Shown here: in pieces, positions 24,630 to 38,720 of the stretch
Layout of the letters: each line of letters starts with the position of its first letter
How positions within the stretch are numbered: the stretch's first letter is position 1
Source: the human T2T-CHM13v2.0 reference genome, Homo sapiens
Reading direction: 5' to 3' (one strand)
Assembly: GCF_009914755.1 (NCBI RefSeq)
Contig: NC_060927.1
DNA: 64,000 bases
Translations under genes and position numbers: made by a program
The notes under the pieces: generated by a model
Databases searched by the model: none
The model's input: only the letters and a program-made list of their open reading frames with translations
Told to the model about the DNA's origin: nothing

Positions 24630-26460
24630 TTTCTGGAGTTGGCTGCTTGATATGATTAGACTCAAAAATGCTAAGGACTCTACTTCTAATAGTATGGAGA
24701 ACTAATAGTATAATAGTTATAATATTAATAGTATGGAGAACTGTTAATAGTATGGAGAACATACTATTATATTCTTCATAATAGTATCATTAACTTCTAA
24801 TTGTATGGAGAGCACTGATAGTGCTTGGCATGAACTGTTTAGAGAGTTATGCAAAATAAATGCATTTGACACTCCTGATTCACCGCTTGTGAGAGGCAAG
24901 GAGTTTAGTGACTCTATACATAATATTTTTGACCATCTGTGGAGAACCAAGGAACGTAACGAAGCTGGATGGTTGCTCCTAAGTTCAGTGAACAAAGTGA
25001 TGAAAGAAAATGATGACCTCAGGGATTCTGTCTCCCAGCTTCAGAAGCAGATACTGAGCCTCAAATCTGGTAAGATTCCCTGAGTGAGAGTTTTATCTCC
25101 TGTAGAGAAAGAGCTGAAATTGTGGAAAAATAGACACAAGCTCTTATCATGCAAGTGGCTGACCTGAAACAAAAGATGCGTGCGCAGCCTCACCAGGGGT
25201 CTACTGTTAAAGTGAGGGCATTGATTAAAAAGAATGGGACCCTGCAACTTGGAATGGGGACATGTGGGAGGACCCTGATGAAGCTGGGGACACTGAGTTT
25301 GTAAATTCTGATGAACACTTTTTGCCAGAAGGAACAGCTTCCCCATCCCCAGTAGTGGCAACATACCCTCCTCACCCATGCTGCCATCAGCCTTTCCACT
25401 TCTGTCTAAGGACATGAACTATGCACTGCCTGAGGCAACAGTGATGGCCTCCCCTGAGGCAGTTGCCAGGAAAGATAATGTTGATTCTCCTTAGAAGCCA
25501 CCCCCAAAACCTCTGTTTGCTTGTGGACCTATAACTAAAGTCCTAGAGGGTCCCTAGAGGTGACGTTGAGAGTGTGACCCATGAGGAGGTGTGCTACACT
25601 CGAAAAGAACTTTGAGTTCTCTAATCTATATAAACAGCAATCTGGAGAACAGGCATGGGAATGGATTTTAAGGGTATGGAATAATGGTGGAAGAAACATA
25701 GAGTTGGATCAGGGTGAATTTATCGATTTGGGCCCTGTAAGTAGGAACTCTGCATTTAATGTTGCAGCTCAGGGAGTTTAAAAAGGTTCTAACAGTTTAT
25801 TTGCTTGGTTAGCTGAAATATGGATTAAAAGATGGCCCACTGTGAGCGAGCTGGAAATGCCTGATCTCCCTTGGTTTAATGTAGAGGAAGGGATCCAAAG
25901 GCTTAGGGAGATTGGGATGGTGGAGTGGGTTAATCGCTTTAGACCTATTCATCCCAGCTGGGAGGGTCCACAAGATATACCCTGGACCAATGCCTTGTGA
26001 GGGCAGCACCTGCATCTTCGAAGAGCCCTGTAATTGCTCTTCTCTGTATGTCAGATATAACCGTGGCAACGGCAGTCATTCAACTACAAAATGTAATTAC
26101 TATATGAATAATTGGATCTCAAGGTGGCAGGGGCCAAGTGGCAGCACCCAACCATCAAAGGCAAGGTGGGCATAGCTACCATAATGGACAGCAGAGGCAA
26201 AGCAGCAATCAGAATAGGCTGACTCGAGTAGAGCTCTGGCATTGTCTAATTAATCATAGTGTTGCTAGAGGTTGACATTGATAGGAAGTGAAATTGTTAG
26301 AAGTGAAATTGATAGGAAGCCTACTGCATTCCTACCTACATTATACAAACAGAAAAAAATTCTAGGTCAAATGGACAGAAGACTAATTTTAATTATAAAA
26401 ACAGAGAATCATGGCCCCTCAATTTCAAGACTTGACCCAGTTTACAGATCCTAAACCCCT
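24630..26460 (+). pseudogene. gag: HERV-L gag relic
   Basis: DSAWHELFRELCKINAFDTPD...GWLLL; LYKQQSGEQAWEWILRVWNNGGRNIELDQGEFIDLG; disrupted. Confidence 0.8.
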
Positions 26461-26579
26461 TGAATGAAGGGGAGGCCAGGACCCCTTGAGAAAGGACCCC
26501 CCTACATTACCGACAATTTATGTGGTGAATCTTTCTCCCATCCTTCCCCAAGGAAACCTCTAGCCTTTTACCAGGTAAC

Positions 26580-29130
26580 TGCATTGGGGAAAGGGAAATG
26601 ATGAGACATTTCAGGGACTACTGGACGCTGGCTCTGAGCTGTTGATTTTAGGGGATCCAGAATGTCACTGTGGTCCTCCAGTTAAAGTAGGGACTTATGG
26701 AAGTCAGACAATTAATGGAGTTTTAGCTCAGGTCCTACTTACAGCAGATCCAGTGGGTCCTCGGACTCATCCTGTGGTCATTTCCCCAATGCCAGAATGC
26801 GTAATTGGCATAGACATATTTAGCAGCTGGCAGAGTCCTCACATTGACTTCCTGAGTGGTAGAGTGAGGGTTATTATGGTGGGAAAGGCCAAATGGAAGC
26901 CATTAGAGCTGCCTCTACCTAGAAAAATAGTAAATCAAAAACAATATTGCATCCCTGGAGGGATTGAGAACATTAGTGCCACCATCAAGGACTTGAAAGA
27001 TGCAAGGGTGGTGATTCCCACCACGTCCCCATTCAACTATTTCATTTGGCCTGTGCAGAAGACAGAGGGATCTTGGAGAATGGTGGTGGATTATTGTAAG
27101 ATTAACCAAACAGTGACTCCAATTTCAGCTGTTGCACCACATGTGGTTTCATTGCTTGAGCAAATTAACACATATCCTGGTACCTGGTATGCAGCCATTG
27201 ACTTGGCAAATTTCTTTTTCTCCATTCCTGTCCATAAGGCCCACCCAAAGCAATTTGCCTTCAGCTGGCAAGTGCAGCAATATACCTTTACTGTCCTACC
27301 TCAGGGGTGTATTAGCTCAGATACTCCTTCTAAGGTGAAGGATAAGTTGCTGCATTTGGCCCCTCCTACAACCAAGAAAGAGGTACAATGCCTAGTCCAC
27401 TTATTTGGATTTTGGAGGCAACACATTCCTCATTTGGGTGTGCTACTCTGGCCCATTTACTGAGTGACCTGAAAGACTGTTAGTTTTGAATGGGGTCCCG
27501 AACAGGGGAAGGTTCTGCAACAGCTCCAGGCTGCTGTGCAAGCTGCTCTGCCACTTGGGCCATATGATCCAGCAGATCCAATAGTGCTTGAGGAGTCAGT
27601 GACAGATAGGGATGCTGTTTCAAGCCTTTGGCAGGTCCCCATTGATGAATCACAGTGGAGGCCTCTAGGATTTTGGAGCAAGGTCCTGCCATCTTCTGCA
27701 GATAACTACTCTCCTTTTGAGAGACAGCTCTTGGCCTGTTACTGGGCTTTGGTGGAAACTGGACATTTGACTATGGCTCATCAAATCACCATGCCACCTG
27801 AACTGCCTATCATGAACTGGGTGCTTTCTGACCTGTCTAGCCATAAAGTGGGTCACGCACAGCTGCATTCCATCATCAAATAGAAGTGGTATATACATAA
27901 TTGGGCTCAAGCAGGTCCTGAAGGCACAAGTTACATGAGAAAGTGGCTCAAATGCCCATGGTCTCCACTCCTGCCTTCTCTACCCCAGCCTGCAACAATG
28001 GCCTCATGGGGGGTTCTCTATGATCAGTTGACAGAGGAAGAGAAGACTAGGGCCTGGTTCACAGATGGTTCTGCACTATATGCAGGCACTACCAAAAGTG
28101 GAGAGCTGCAGCACTACAGCCCCTTTCTAGGACATCCCTGAAGGATAGCAGTGAAGTGAAATCTTCCCAGTGGGCAGAACTTCGAGCAGTGCACCTGGTT
28201 GCTCACTCTGCATGTAAGGAGAAATGGTCAGATGTACGATTATACACCGATTCATGGGCTGTAGTCAATGGTTTGGCTGGATGGTCAGGGACTTGGAAGA
28301 AGCATGCTTGGAAAACTGGTAACAAATTTGGGGAAGAGGTATGTGGATGGTCACCTCTAAGTGGTCAAAAACTGTGAAGATGCTTGTATTCCATGTGATA
28401 TTAACCAACATGTGACCTCAGCAGAAGAGAATTTTAATAATCAAGTAGATAGAATGACCTGTTCTGTCAACACAACTCAGCCTCTTTCACCAGCCACCTC
28501 TGTCATCGCCCAGTGGGCCCATGAAAAAAGTGGCCATGGTGGCAGGGATGGAGGTTACGCATGGGCTCAGCAACATGTACTTCCACTCACCAAGGCTGAC
28601 CTGGTTATGGCCACTGCTGGATGCCCGATTTGCCAGCAGCAGAGACCAACACTGAGCCCTCAATATGGCACCATTCCTCGGGGTGATCAGCCAGCTACCT
28701 GGTGGCAGGTTGATTATTTCGGACCTCTTCCATCACGGAAAGGGTAGAGGTTTGTCCTCACTGGAGTGGACATTTACTCTGGATATGGGTTTGCCTATCC
28801 TGCACACAATGCTTCTGCCAAGACTACCATCTGTGGACTTATGGGATGCCTTATCCATGATCATGGTATTCCACACAGCATTGCCTCAAACCAAGGCATT
28901 CACTTTATGGCTAAAGAAGTGTGGCAGTGGGCTCAGATTCATGGAATTCACTGGTCTTCCCATGTTCCCCATCATCTTGAAGCAGCTGGATTTATAAAAC
29001 ATTGGAATGGCCTTTGGAAGTCACAAATACAATGTCAACTAGGGGACTATACTTTGCAGGGCTGGGGCAAAGTTCTCTAGAAGACCATGTGTGCTCTGAA
29101 TCAGCATACAATATATGGTACTGTTTCTCC
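26580..29130 (+). pseudogene. pol: HERV-L pro-pol relic (protease, RT, RNase H, integrase)
   Basis: Protease LLDAGSE (26618-26638); RT WRMVVDY, AAIDLANFFFSIP, FTVLPQG; RNase H FTDGSA, QWAELRAV, YTDSWAV; integrase HEKSGHGG..CPICQ, WQVDYFGP. Stops and frameshifts throughout. Confidence 0.92.
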
Positions 29131-29239
29131 CATAGCCATGATTCATGGGTCCAGGAATCAAGGGGTGGAAGTGGAAGTGGCACCACTCACCATCATCCCT
29201 AGTGATCCACTAGCACAGTTTTTGCTTCCTGTTCCCGTG

Positions 29240-29520
29240 ACATTACATTCTGCTGGCCTAGAGGTCTTAGTTCCAGAGGGAGGAACGCTGCCACCAGGAG
29301 ACACAACAATTCCATTAAACTGGAAGTTATGATCGCCACCTGGACACTTTGTGCTCCTCCTACCTTTAAGACAACAGGCTAAGAAGGGAGTTACAGTGTT
29401 GGTTTGGGTGACTTACTTGCACTATCAAGATGAAATTAATCTATTACTCCAGCATGGAAGTAAGGAAGAGTATGCATGGAATATAGGAGATCCATTAGGG
29501 CTTCTCATAGTATGACCATG
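29240..29520 (+). pseudogene. dut: HERV-L dUTPase relic
   Basis: SAGLEVLVP..LPPGDTTIPLNWKL followed by PPGHF, downstream of integrase, which is the HERV-L arrangement; no env follows. Confidence 0.7.
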
Positions 29521-30048
29521 CCCTGTGATTAAGGTCAACGGGAAACTACAACAGCCCAATTCAGGCAGGACTACAAATGGTCCAGACCCCTCAGGAATGA
29601 AGGTTTGGTTTACTCCAGCAGGAAAAAACCCGCGACCTGCTGAGGTGCTTGCTGAAGGCAAGGAAAACACAGAATAAATAGTAGATAAAAGGTAATCATC
29701 AATACCAGCTATAACCACATGACCAGCTATGGAAACGAGGACTGTTATCATGAGTATTTCCTTCTTCTTTTGTTAAAAACATGTTTGTGCATATATACAC
29801 TTGTACTAAGAAAATGTCTTCCTTTTATTTCCTTTTTCTTTATCACGTGACATGAGATTTTTTGACTTCATATCACATTTAAGTGTTGTTAACTTTCTGT
29901 AATAGTATTTGGGTTGGGGATTGGTGCATTTCTAGTTGTATGAAGGGTAGTTGTATTATGTTAGGCGTAATTATGACATTGTCTTTATTTGAAGATTATG
30001 TATGATCTCGGGAGATGTGTATGGGTTCAAGTTGACAAGGGGTGGACT

Positions 30049-30433
30049 TGTGATGGTTAATACTGAGTATCAACTTGATTGGATTGAAGGATATACAAAG
30101 TATTGATCCCCTGGATGTGTCTGTGAGGGTGTTGCTGAAGGAGATTAACATTTGAGTCAGTGGGCTGGGGAAGGCAGACCCACCCTTAATCTGGTGGGCA
30201 CAGCCTAATCAGCTGCCAGCAAATATAAAGCATGCAGAAAAAAACATGCAAGAGTGAGATGAGCCTAGCCTCCCAGTCTATATCTTTCTCCCATGCTCAA
30301 TGCTTCCTGCTCTTGAACATCAGACTCCAAGTTCTTCAGTTTTGGGACTTGGACTGGCTCTACTTGCTCCTCAGCTTGAAGACAGCCTATTGTGGGATCT
30401 TGCGATCATGCAAGTTAATACTTAATAAACTCA

Positions 30434-30496
<63 letters not shown>

Positions 30497-30534
30497 TATT
30501 TGGTCCATCCCTCGAAGAGAACTCTGACTAATAT
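30049..30534 (+). mobile_element. MLT2A2 3' LTR of HERV-L
   Basis: Starts tgtgatggttaatactgag after the polypurine tract aaggggtgga (30037-30046); contains (TA)n at 30438-30494. Confidence 0.92.
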
Positions 30535-32959
30535 GGTTTAATTGACTCATAATTTCACATGGTTTAAGAGGCCTCAGGAAACTTACAATCATGGTGAAAG
30601 TCAAGGGATAAGCAAGTAACTTTTTTACAAAGTGGCAGGAGGGAGAGAGAGAGGGAGGGAGAGAGGGAGACAGAGAGAGAGAAAGAGAGTGAGAGAGTGC
30701 ACAGAGGAAACTGTCATTTTAAAAAACATCAGATCTTGGGAAACCTCCCTCAGTATCATGAGAACAGCATGGAGGAAACCATTTCTGTGATCAAATCACC
30801 TCCCACCAGGTTTCTCCCTTGACACATGAAGATTACAATTTGAGATGAGATTCAGGTGGTGACACAAAGCCAAACCATATCATTCTGCCCTGGCCCCTCC
30901 TAAATCTCATGTCTTTTTCACATTTCAAAACCAGTTATGCCTTCCCAACATTCCTCTAAAGTCTTAACTCATTCCAGCATTAACTGAAAAGTCCAAGTCC
31001 AAAGTGTCATCTGAGACAAGTCCCTTCTACCTATGAACCTGTAAAATCAAAAACAAGTTAGTTATTTCCAAGACACAGTGGAGGTACAGGCATTAAGTAA
31101 AAGTTCCCATTCCAAATGAAAGAGATTGGTCAAAACAAAGGTGCCACAGGCCCCATGCAATTCTGAAACCCGGCTGGGCAGTCATTAAACCTTAAGATTT
31201 CAAAGTCTCCTTTGATTCTATGTCTCATATCCAGGACATCCTGATACAAGGGGTGGGCTCTCAATGCTTTAGCAGCTCTGCCCCTGTGGCTTTGCAGGAT
31301 TCAGCCACGTGGCTGCTTTCTTAGGCTGGTGTTGAGTGCCTGCAGCTTTTCCAAGTGCAAGGTGAAAGCTGTCAGTGGATCTAAATTTCTAGGGTCTGAA
31401 GAATGGTAGCCCTTTTCTCACGGCTCTTCTAGGCAGTGCCCCAGTAGGGATTCTGTGGGGGCTCCAAGCCCACATTTCCCTTGCATATTGCCCTAGTAGA
31501 GGTTCTTCATGAGGGGCTCTGCCCCTGCAGCAGGCTTCTGTCTGGACATCCAGGTATTTGTCTACATTCTTTAAAATCTAGGCAGAGGTTCCCAAAACCT
31601 CAGCTCTTGTATTCTGCACACCCGTAGACCCAACACCATGTGGAAGCCTCCAAGGCTTGGGTCTTGCACCCTTTGAAGCCATGGCCTGAGCTGCACCTTG
31701 CCCCTTTTAGCCACGGCTGGAGTTGGAGCGGCTGAGATGCAGGGCACCAAGTCCTGAGTCTGCACAGAGCAGCGTGTCCCTGGACTGGGCCTACAAAACC
31801 ATTTTTTCCCTCCTATGATGGGCCTATGATTGGAGGGGCTGCTGAGAAGATCTCTGACATGCCCTGGAGACATTTTCCCCATTGTGCTGGTTATTAACAT
31901 TTGCCTTCTTGTTACTTATGCAAATATCTGCAGCAGGCTTCAATTTCAACCCAGAAAATGGGTTTCTCTTTTCTACCGCATGGTCACGCTGCCAATTTCC
32001 AAACTTTTATGTTCTGCTTCCCCTTTAAACATAAGTTCCAATTTCAAACTATCTCTTTGTGAACACATATAAATAAACACTTTCAGAATCAGCTAGGCCA
32101 TATCTTGAATGCTTTGCTGCTTAGAAATTTCTTTTACCAGATACCCTAAGTCATTTCTCTCAAGTTCAAAGTTCCACAGATCTCTAGGGCAGGGGCAAAA
32201 TGCCACCAGTCTTTCTGCTAAAGCATAGCAAGAGTGACCTTTGCTCCAGTTCCCAATAAGTTCCTCATCTCCATCTGAGACCACCCCAGCTGGGACTTCA
32301 TTGTCCCTATTACTATAAGCATTTTGTCAAAACCATTCAACAAGTCTCTAGGAACTTCCGAAGTTTCCCACATCTTCCTGTCTTCTTCTGAGCCTTCCAA
32401 ACTGTTTCAACCTCTGCCAGTTACCCAGATCCAAAGTGGCTCCCACATTTTCACATTATCTTTATACCAGGCTGGGGAGGACTCAGGAAACTTGCAATTG
32501 TGGTGGAAGGCAAAGGAAAAGCAAGTACTTCTTGACAAGGCAGCAGGAGAGAGAAGAGCAAGAGAGCACATGTAGAGGAAACTGTCATTTTACAAACTAT
32601 CGGATCTCATGAGAACCCCCTCACTATCACTAGAACAGCATGGAGGAAACTATGCCCATGATCTAATCACCACCCACCAGGTTCTTCCCTTGACACATGG
32701 GGATTACAATTTGAGATGAGATTTGGGTAGGGACACAGGGCCAAACCATATCACTCCCTATATATATGGTCCTAAGCAGTGTATAGAACTAGTAACAGAG
32801 GTGACTTTCTTAGCGCTAAGGTTAACATAGATCTGGCAAATTAAACTACACACTGACAAGTACTAAACAATTAAATAAAAGCAGGCAGTTAGGGAAAGGG
32901 CATTTAGGTAAATGGTAACTTATGGGGTCGGCTGAAAAACAATCACGATTAATAATACT

Positions 32960-33208
32960 AATGCTTACTGAGTACTTACTATATGCTCTGGACTGATTTG
33001 CATGCTTTAGATGTATTAATTTTAACCTCCACAATTACCCCTGAGCTAGCGTTCCCATTATCATCCTAATTAAGCATTTGAGAGTACTGAGGCACAGAGA
33101 GGTAAAGTAACTTGCCCAAAGTCCCACAGCTAGCAAATAGTAGCATGAAAGTTTGATCTGCATCATTCCGTTATAAAACTCTTGCTCTTAGACCCTGTGC
33201 TATACTGC
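32960..33208 (-). mobile_element. MIR
   Basis: actgaggcacagagaggtaaagtaacttgcccaaagtcccacagctag. Confidence 0.8.
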
Positions 33209-33311
33209 AGACTGAGAAGAAGAAGACAGAATCAAGATTCCGAGATTGAATTTCTGCCCAAGACATTTTGATTCCATGCTGCGAGGTCAAAGAGTATAGA
33301 ATGAACAGTGA

Positions 33312-33664
<353 letters not shown>

Positions 33665-34070
33665 CTAATGGAACCAGGGAAATCTTTTTGAAGGAAAAGG
33701 AATAGAATATATTTTAAAAGACCTTAAATTTCACCGAAATTATGAGTATGTCACAGAAGGAGGTAGTATCTATCAGTGTTCAGTGTAACCACCCAGAGAA
33801 ATGCATTCTGAGAGCAAAATGCAAACTAAAATCACTCGATGAACTATCACCAAAGAAATTAAGGTGATTATAACAAGAACAATGTCTACTATATTCCTTG
33901 AACAATCTGTGATTGAGAATAAATTAAAGACATAAAAAGCAATTTTCCATAGAACCCCTTATTTGAGCAGTCTGACTGTAGTAGGTTACACTGGATTATC
34001 TTTACTGTTCACTTCAGTTACCAAGCACTATGACTAAAAATTCTCTAAATTAAAATCTATAATCAGGATG

Positions 34071-34263
34071 TAAGGTTACCAATTCATCCTACTTCACCCA
34101 GTACTTTCCTTGTTTTAATACTGAAAATCCTGTGTGCTGAGCAACTACTTTCTCCAGGAAACCTGAGACGGTTTGCTTAGGACAGTCCCTTTTTTAAAAC
34201 GTAAAGTCCTGCTTTCAGAGAACCCTGTAAGTCCTGAGCAAACCGAGATGGTTAACCATCTTA
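34071..34263. mobile_element. hAT-Blackjack MITE (MER81/MER94-like) with an internal duplication
   Basis: TIR-like ends taaggttaccaa.. / ..ggttaaccatctta; 8-bp TSD tcaggatg/tcaggata. Confidence 0.65.
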
Positions 34264-34290
34264 TCAGGATAGTACATTATATTAACACCC

Positions 34291-34654
34291 TGCTGTGGAC
34301 TGAATGTTTGTGTTCCCCCCAAATTCATACCTTGAAACTTTATTCCCCAATGTGATTGCATTATAAGATGAGGACTTTGGGAGATTAGAATTAGATGAAG
34401 TCTTCAGGGCGAAGTTCTCGTGAATGAAATTAGTGATCTTACAGGAGTCAAAAGAGAGCTGTCCTCCTCTCTCTGCTCCCAGTCATATGAAGACAAAACA
34501 AGAAGCTGGCAGTTTGTAACCTGGAAAATGGCCCTCATGAGAACCTGACCATGCCAGCACCCTGATTTCAACTTCCAGCCTCCAAAACTGTGAGAAATTT
34601 ATTTCTGTTATTTATATGCCACCAAGTCTTAGTCTTAGCGGCCCAACTAAGATA
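34291..34654 (+). mobile_element. MLT1A-type solo LTR
   Basis: tgctgtggactgaatgtttgtgttccccccaaattcat...ttccagcctccaaaactgtgagaaat; TSD caccc/cactc. Confidence 0.85.
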
Positions 34655-36904
34655 CACTCCACCATAATTATTGTAAATTTGATCTCAAAAAGCAGAATTT
34701 ACATGGTAAAATTCTTTACAGAAAGCAATTTAAAATGAGGAAAAAAGAAATCAATTTGAATTGTAAAAATATGTATTAATATCATATATTTAAGACATTG
34801 TACAACAAAAGAAATAGATGTTGGAGCTATCAGATAACCTCATAATTGGTATAATAAAATGTTAATACAATCCAGTTTTCTTACAGACCTATTTTAAAGA
34901 ATATTATAATTTCACAAATGTTTTAATTCAAGAATAACTCAATAAATATTTAAAAAGTAAGTATCATTAGGCATGGTAGAACAGCAATAATGAGAGAAAA
35001 TATTTTACATTTTAAAACTGTCCTTGATATTCTAGGTGAAAGAAATGTATATGATAATTTAATAAAAAATATCTAAAAGTCAGCCCGGAGATATGTTGAA
35101 TTTATCTTACAGAATAATAGTATTTCATGATTTACATGTCAAATACTTTAAAACATATCAATAGGAAAAATTTATAAAATGGTACAATTTTTATATTGTT
35201 TTGTACATAAAATTTGTACATAAAGTCAACATTGTCGATTTATATACTGTTGTTCATGCAAGAAAATCACTGAACATTGAATAAAGTAACATTATCCTAC
35301 ATTTGGGTATCAATGAACTAGAAAGTGAACATAAAATGTTCTGGATGAACTGTGTTAAATCACTTGTATCATTTAGTTTGATCGCAATTAAAAATAACTG
35401 GGTTCAATACAACTGGTATGCTAAGAAGGAAAGGTAAAACTTTGCAACCTTGTCCTCATAGGTCAAAATAATGGCATTTAAATTATGAGAAACAGGGCTG
35501 GACAGTCTTGTTCCCAGTGCCCATCTAGCAATATCTTCTCCTGTCTTTTAAAAGATATTTTGAATGTTAAGCAAAATGTTGCACTAAATCCAAGTATAAT
35601 TCCCTTTTCATTAAAAACAGAAATCCAATACTTATCAGTTAAGCCCAGAGCATAACAGAACACAAACCATAAAAGATAGCTTCTGAAAAACAACATTTTA
35701 AAATTAGTTTTAAAATTGGTTTGTTTTTCAATACTGTGACCTAAGTTCTGAGTGCTTGCTTAAGTAATTGTCTTTGATGAATTGTCATAATGGTAGAAAT
35801 GTAGCAGAGGCAGAGAAAGTTAAGTAGCCAGATCAGCCTAACAGCAGTAATCTCTGAAACCCCCACCTAATCAGCAAGACCCCTAGAAAACAAGCAATGG
35901 GCCATGAGTGTTTCTAAGGGGAGTTTCTGAAAGAAATAAGGGGCTGTGGTTCATTCTAAGATGCAGAATGTAGACTCCAAAATTATGACCACTCTGCAGA
36001 AAAATGAAGAGGATTCTAGGATCTAAAAATATTGTGGATCTTGTTATGAGTTCCAGGCAGTGGAAACACGTAGTTTGCCAGTGGCTTGCTGATAAATGAT
36101 TAGGGACACAGGTGGTACTTTCACAGTTTTTTTTTCCAAGATAAAAGACATAGTTAAAAAGAGAAAAGCAGAAATGGAAAATGAAGAGTCAAAATAAGAC
36201 TTATGTGTTTTTCTGAGCCTTGACACCTTGGATAAAAAGAAGACAAGGGTATCCTGGGAGGAATCCTAACTCCACCATGAGTATTTAAAATAACATGCAT
36301 GAAATTCAACGATGTACAGTAGTTAGAGAAAAAATGTGGTTATAACAGTAGAAGTTATATCAATTGAGAATCTCAGGTGAAAGGGAAAGGATTCATGGGG
36401 GTGAAGGTACTCAATTCTTCTCAGAGGTAAACAACAGGGAAGAATACAGAACATAATCACTTTTCCCCAAAGCAGATCACAGTTAATCAACCAAATATAT
36501 ATTTTAATGCAGACTGGTAGCTGTGACCAGAAAGATATAACCAAGTTTTGGCCCAATGAGACAAATGATTGGAATATGTCTTCTAAACATAAAATGAATT
36601 CAGTAGGAAAAGCATGTGAGTAATATCAATTGACAAGAAAACTGACCTATCGAGAAATTCACAAACCAAGGGGAAAGGAAATAGTGGAAAATACTTAACT
36701 GAGAAAGGAAAAATGGAAAGAAATAGTAGTGATATGAGTATATGGCAAATGAATTTTTTTTTAGGAAAAAAACAAATTATTTCATTTTTATAATCATAAA
36801 ACAGTTTGGTTGCTTACAAATTGCAAAAACAAGCAAAGAGCACCTTCTACCATAAAACCCTTCTTTTAGAATACAATACGAGAAAGAAGAGTAGCCCTAC
36901 TAGG

Positions 36905-38300
<1,396 letters not shown>

Positions 38301-38489
38301 GCACATGAAATTGAACTCCATCTGGGTTTATTTGGCACCAACCTAGAGCAAATTGCTGAACTACGAAGTGTAGGAGATAACAAGATGAATAATGACACAT
38401 GAAGGAGTTTTCTTGATTGAAATTATAAAACATTCAAGAAAGATAAAAATGTGGTAGAGATGGGCTCTTAAATTAACTGAGGAAACTAT

Positions 38490-38720
38490 AAATTGGGACT
38501 ACTTTCATAATCCCTGGAGTCGAATTGCCTAGCTTAGAATACTGGCTTTCTCACTTATTATCAGCATGTCCTTGGACTTGTTACCTAATTTTTCTTGGCC
38601 TCAGTTACTTCAGTAGCACCTGTTTCACAGAGTTGGGGAAAGCAATTAAATGATATATGCAATAGTTAAAATGGAGACTGGAGCAGAGGTAGCATTGGCA
38701 AATGTTATTTGTACTGTTGT
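38490..38720 (+). mobile_element. MIR
   Basis: ctggagtcgaattgcctag..cacttatta..ccttggacttgttacctaa..ggcctcagtt. Confidence 0.6.

Larger units (their letters stand above)
24063..32753 (-). mobile_element. THE1D MaLR element (LTR-int-LTR) with a nested HERV-L provirus
   Basis: Ends tgtattag... and ...ccaaaccatatca; perfect 5-bp TSD ctccc at 24058-24062 and 32754-32758. 3' LTR = 24063-24108 + 30535-30882; internal region 30883-32470; 5' LTR 32471-32753 (truncated). Confidence 0.88.

Noticed and set aside
26642-29332. Functional or domesticated retroviral pol gene
   Set aside because: Stops, frameshifts, missing YxDD, and altered protease and integrase catalytic residues.
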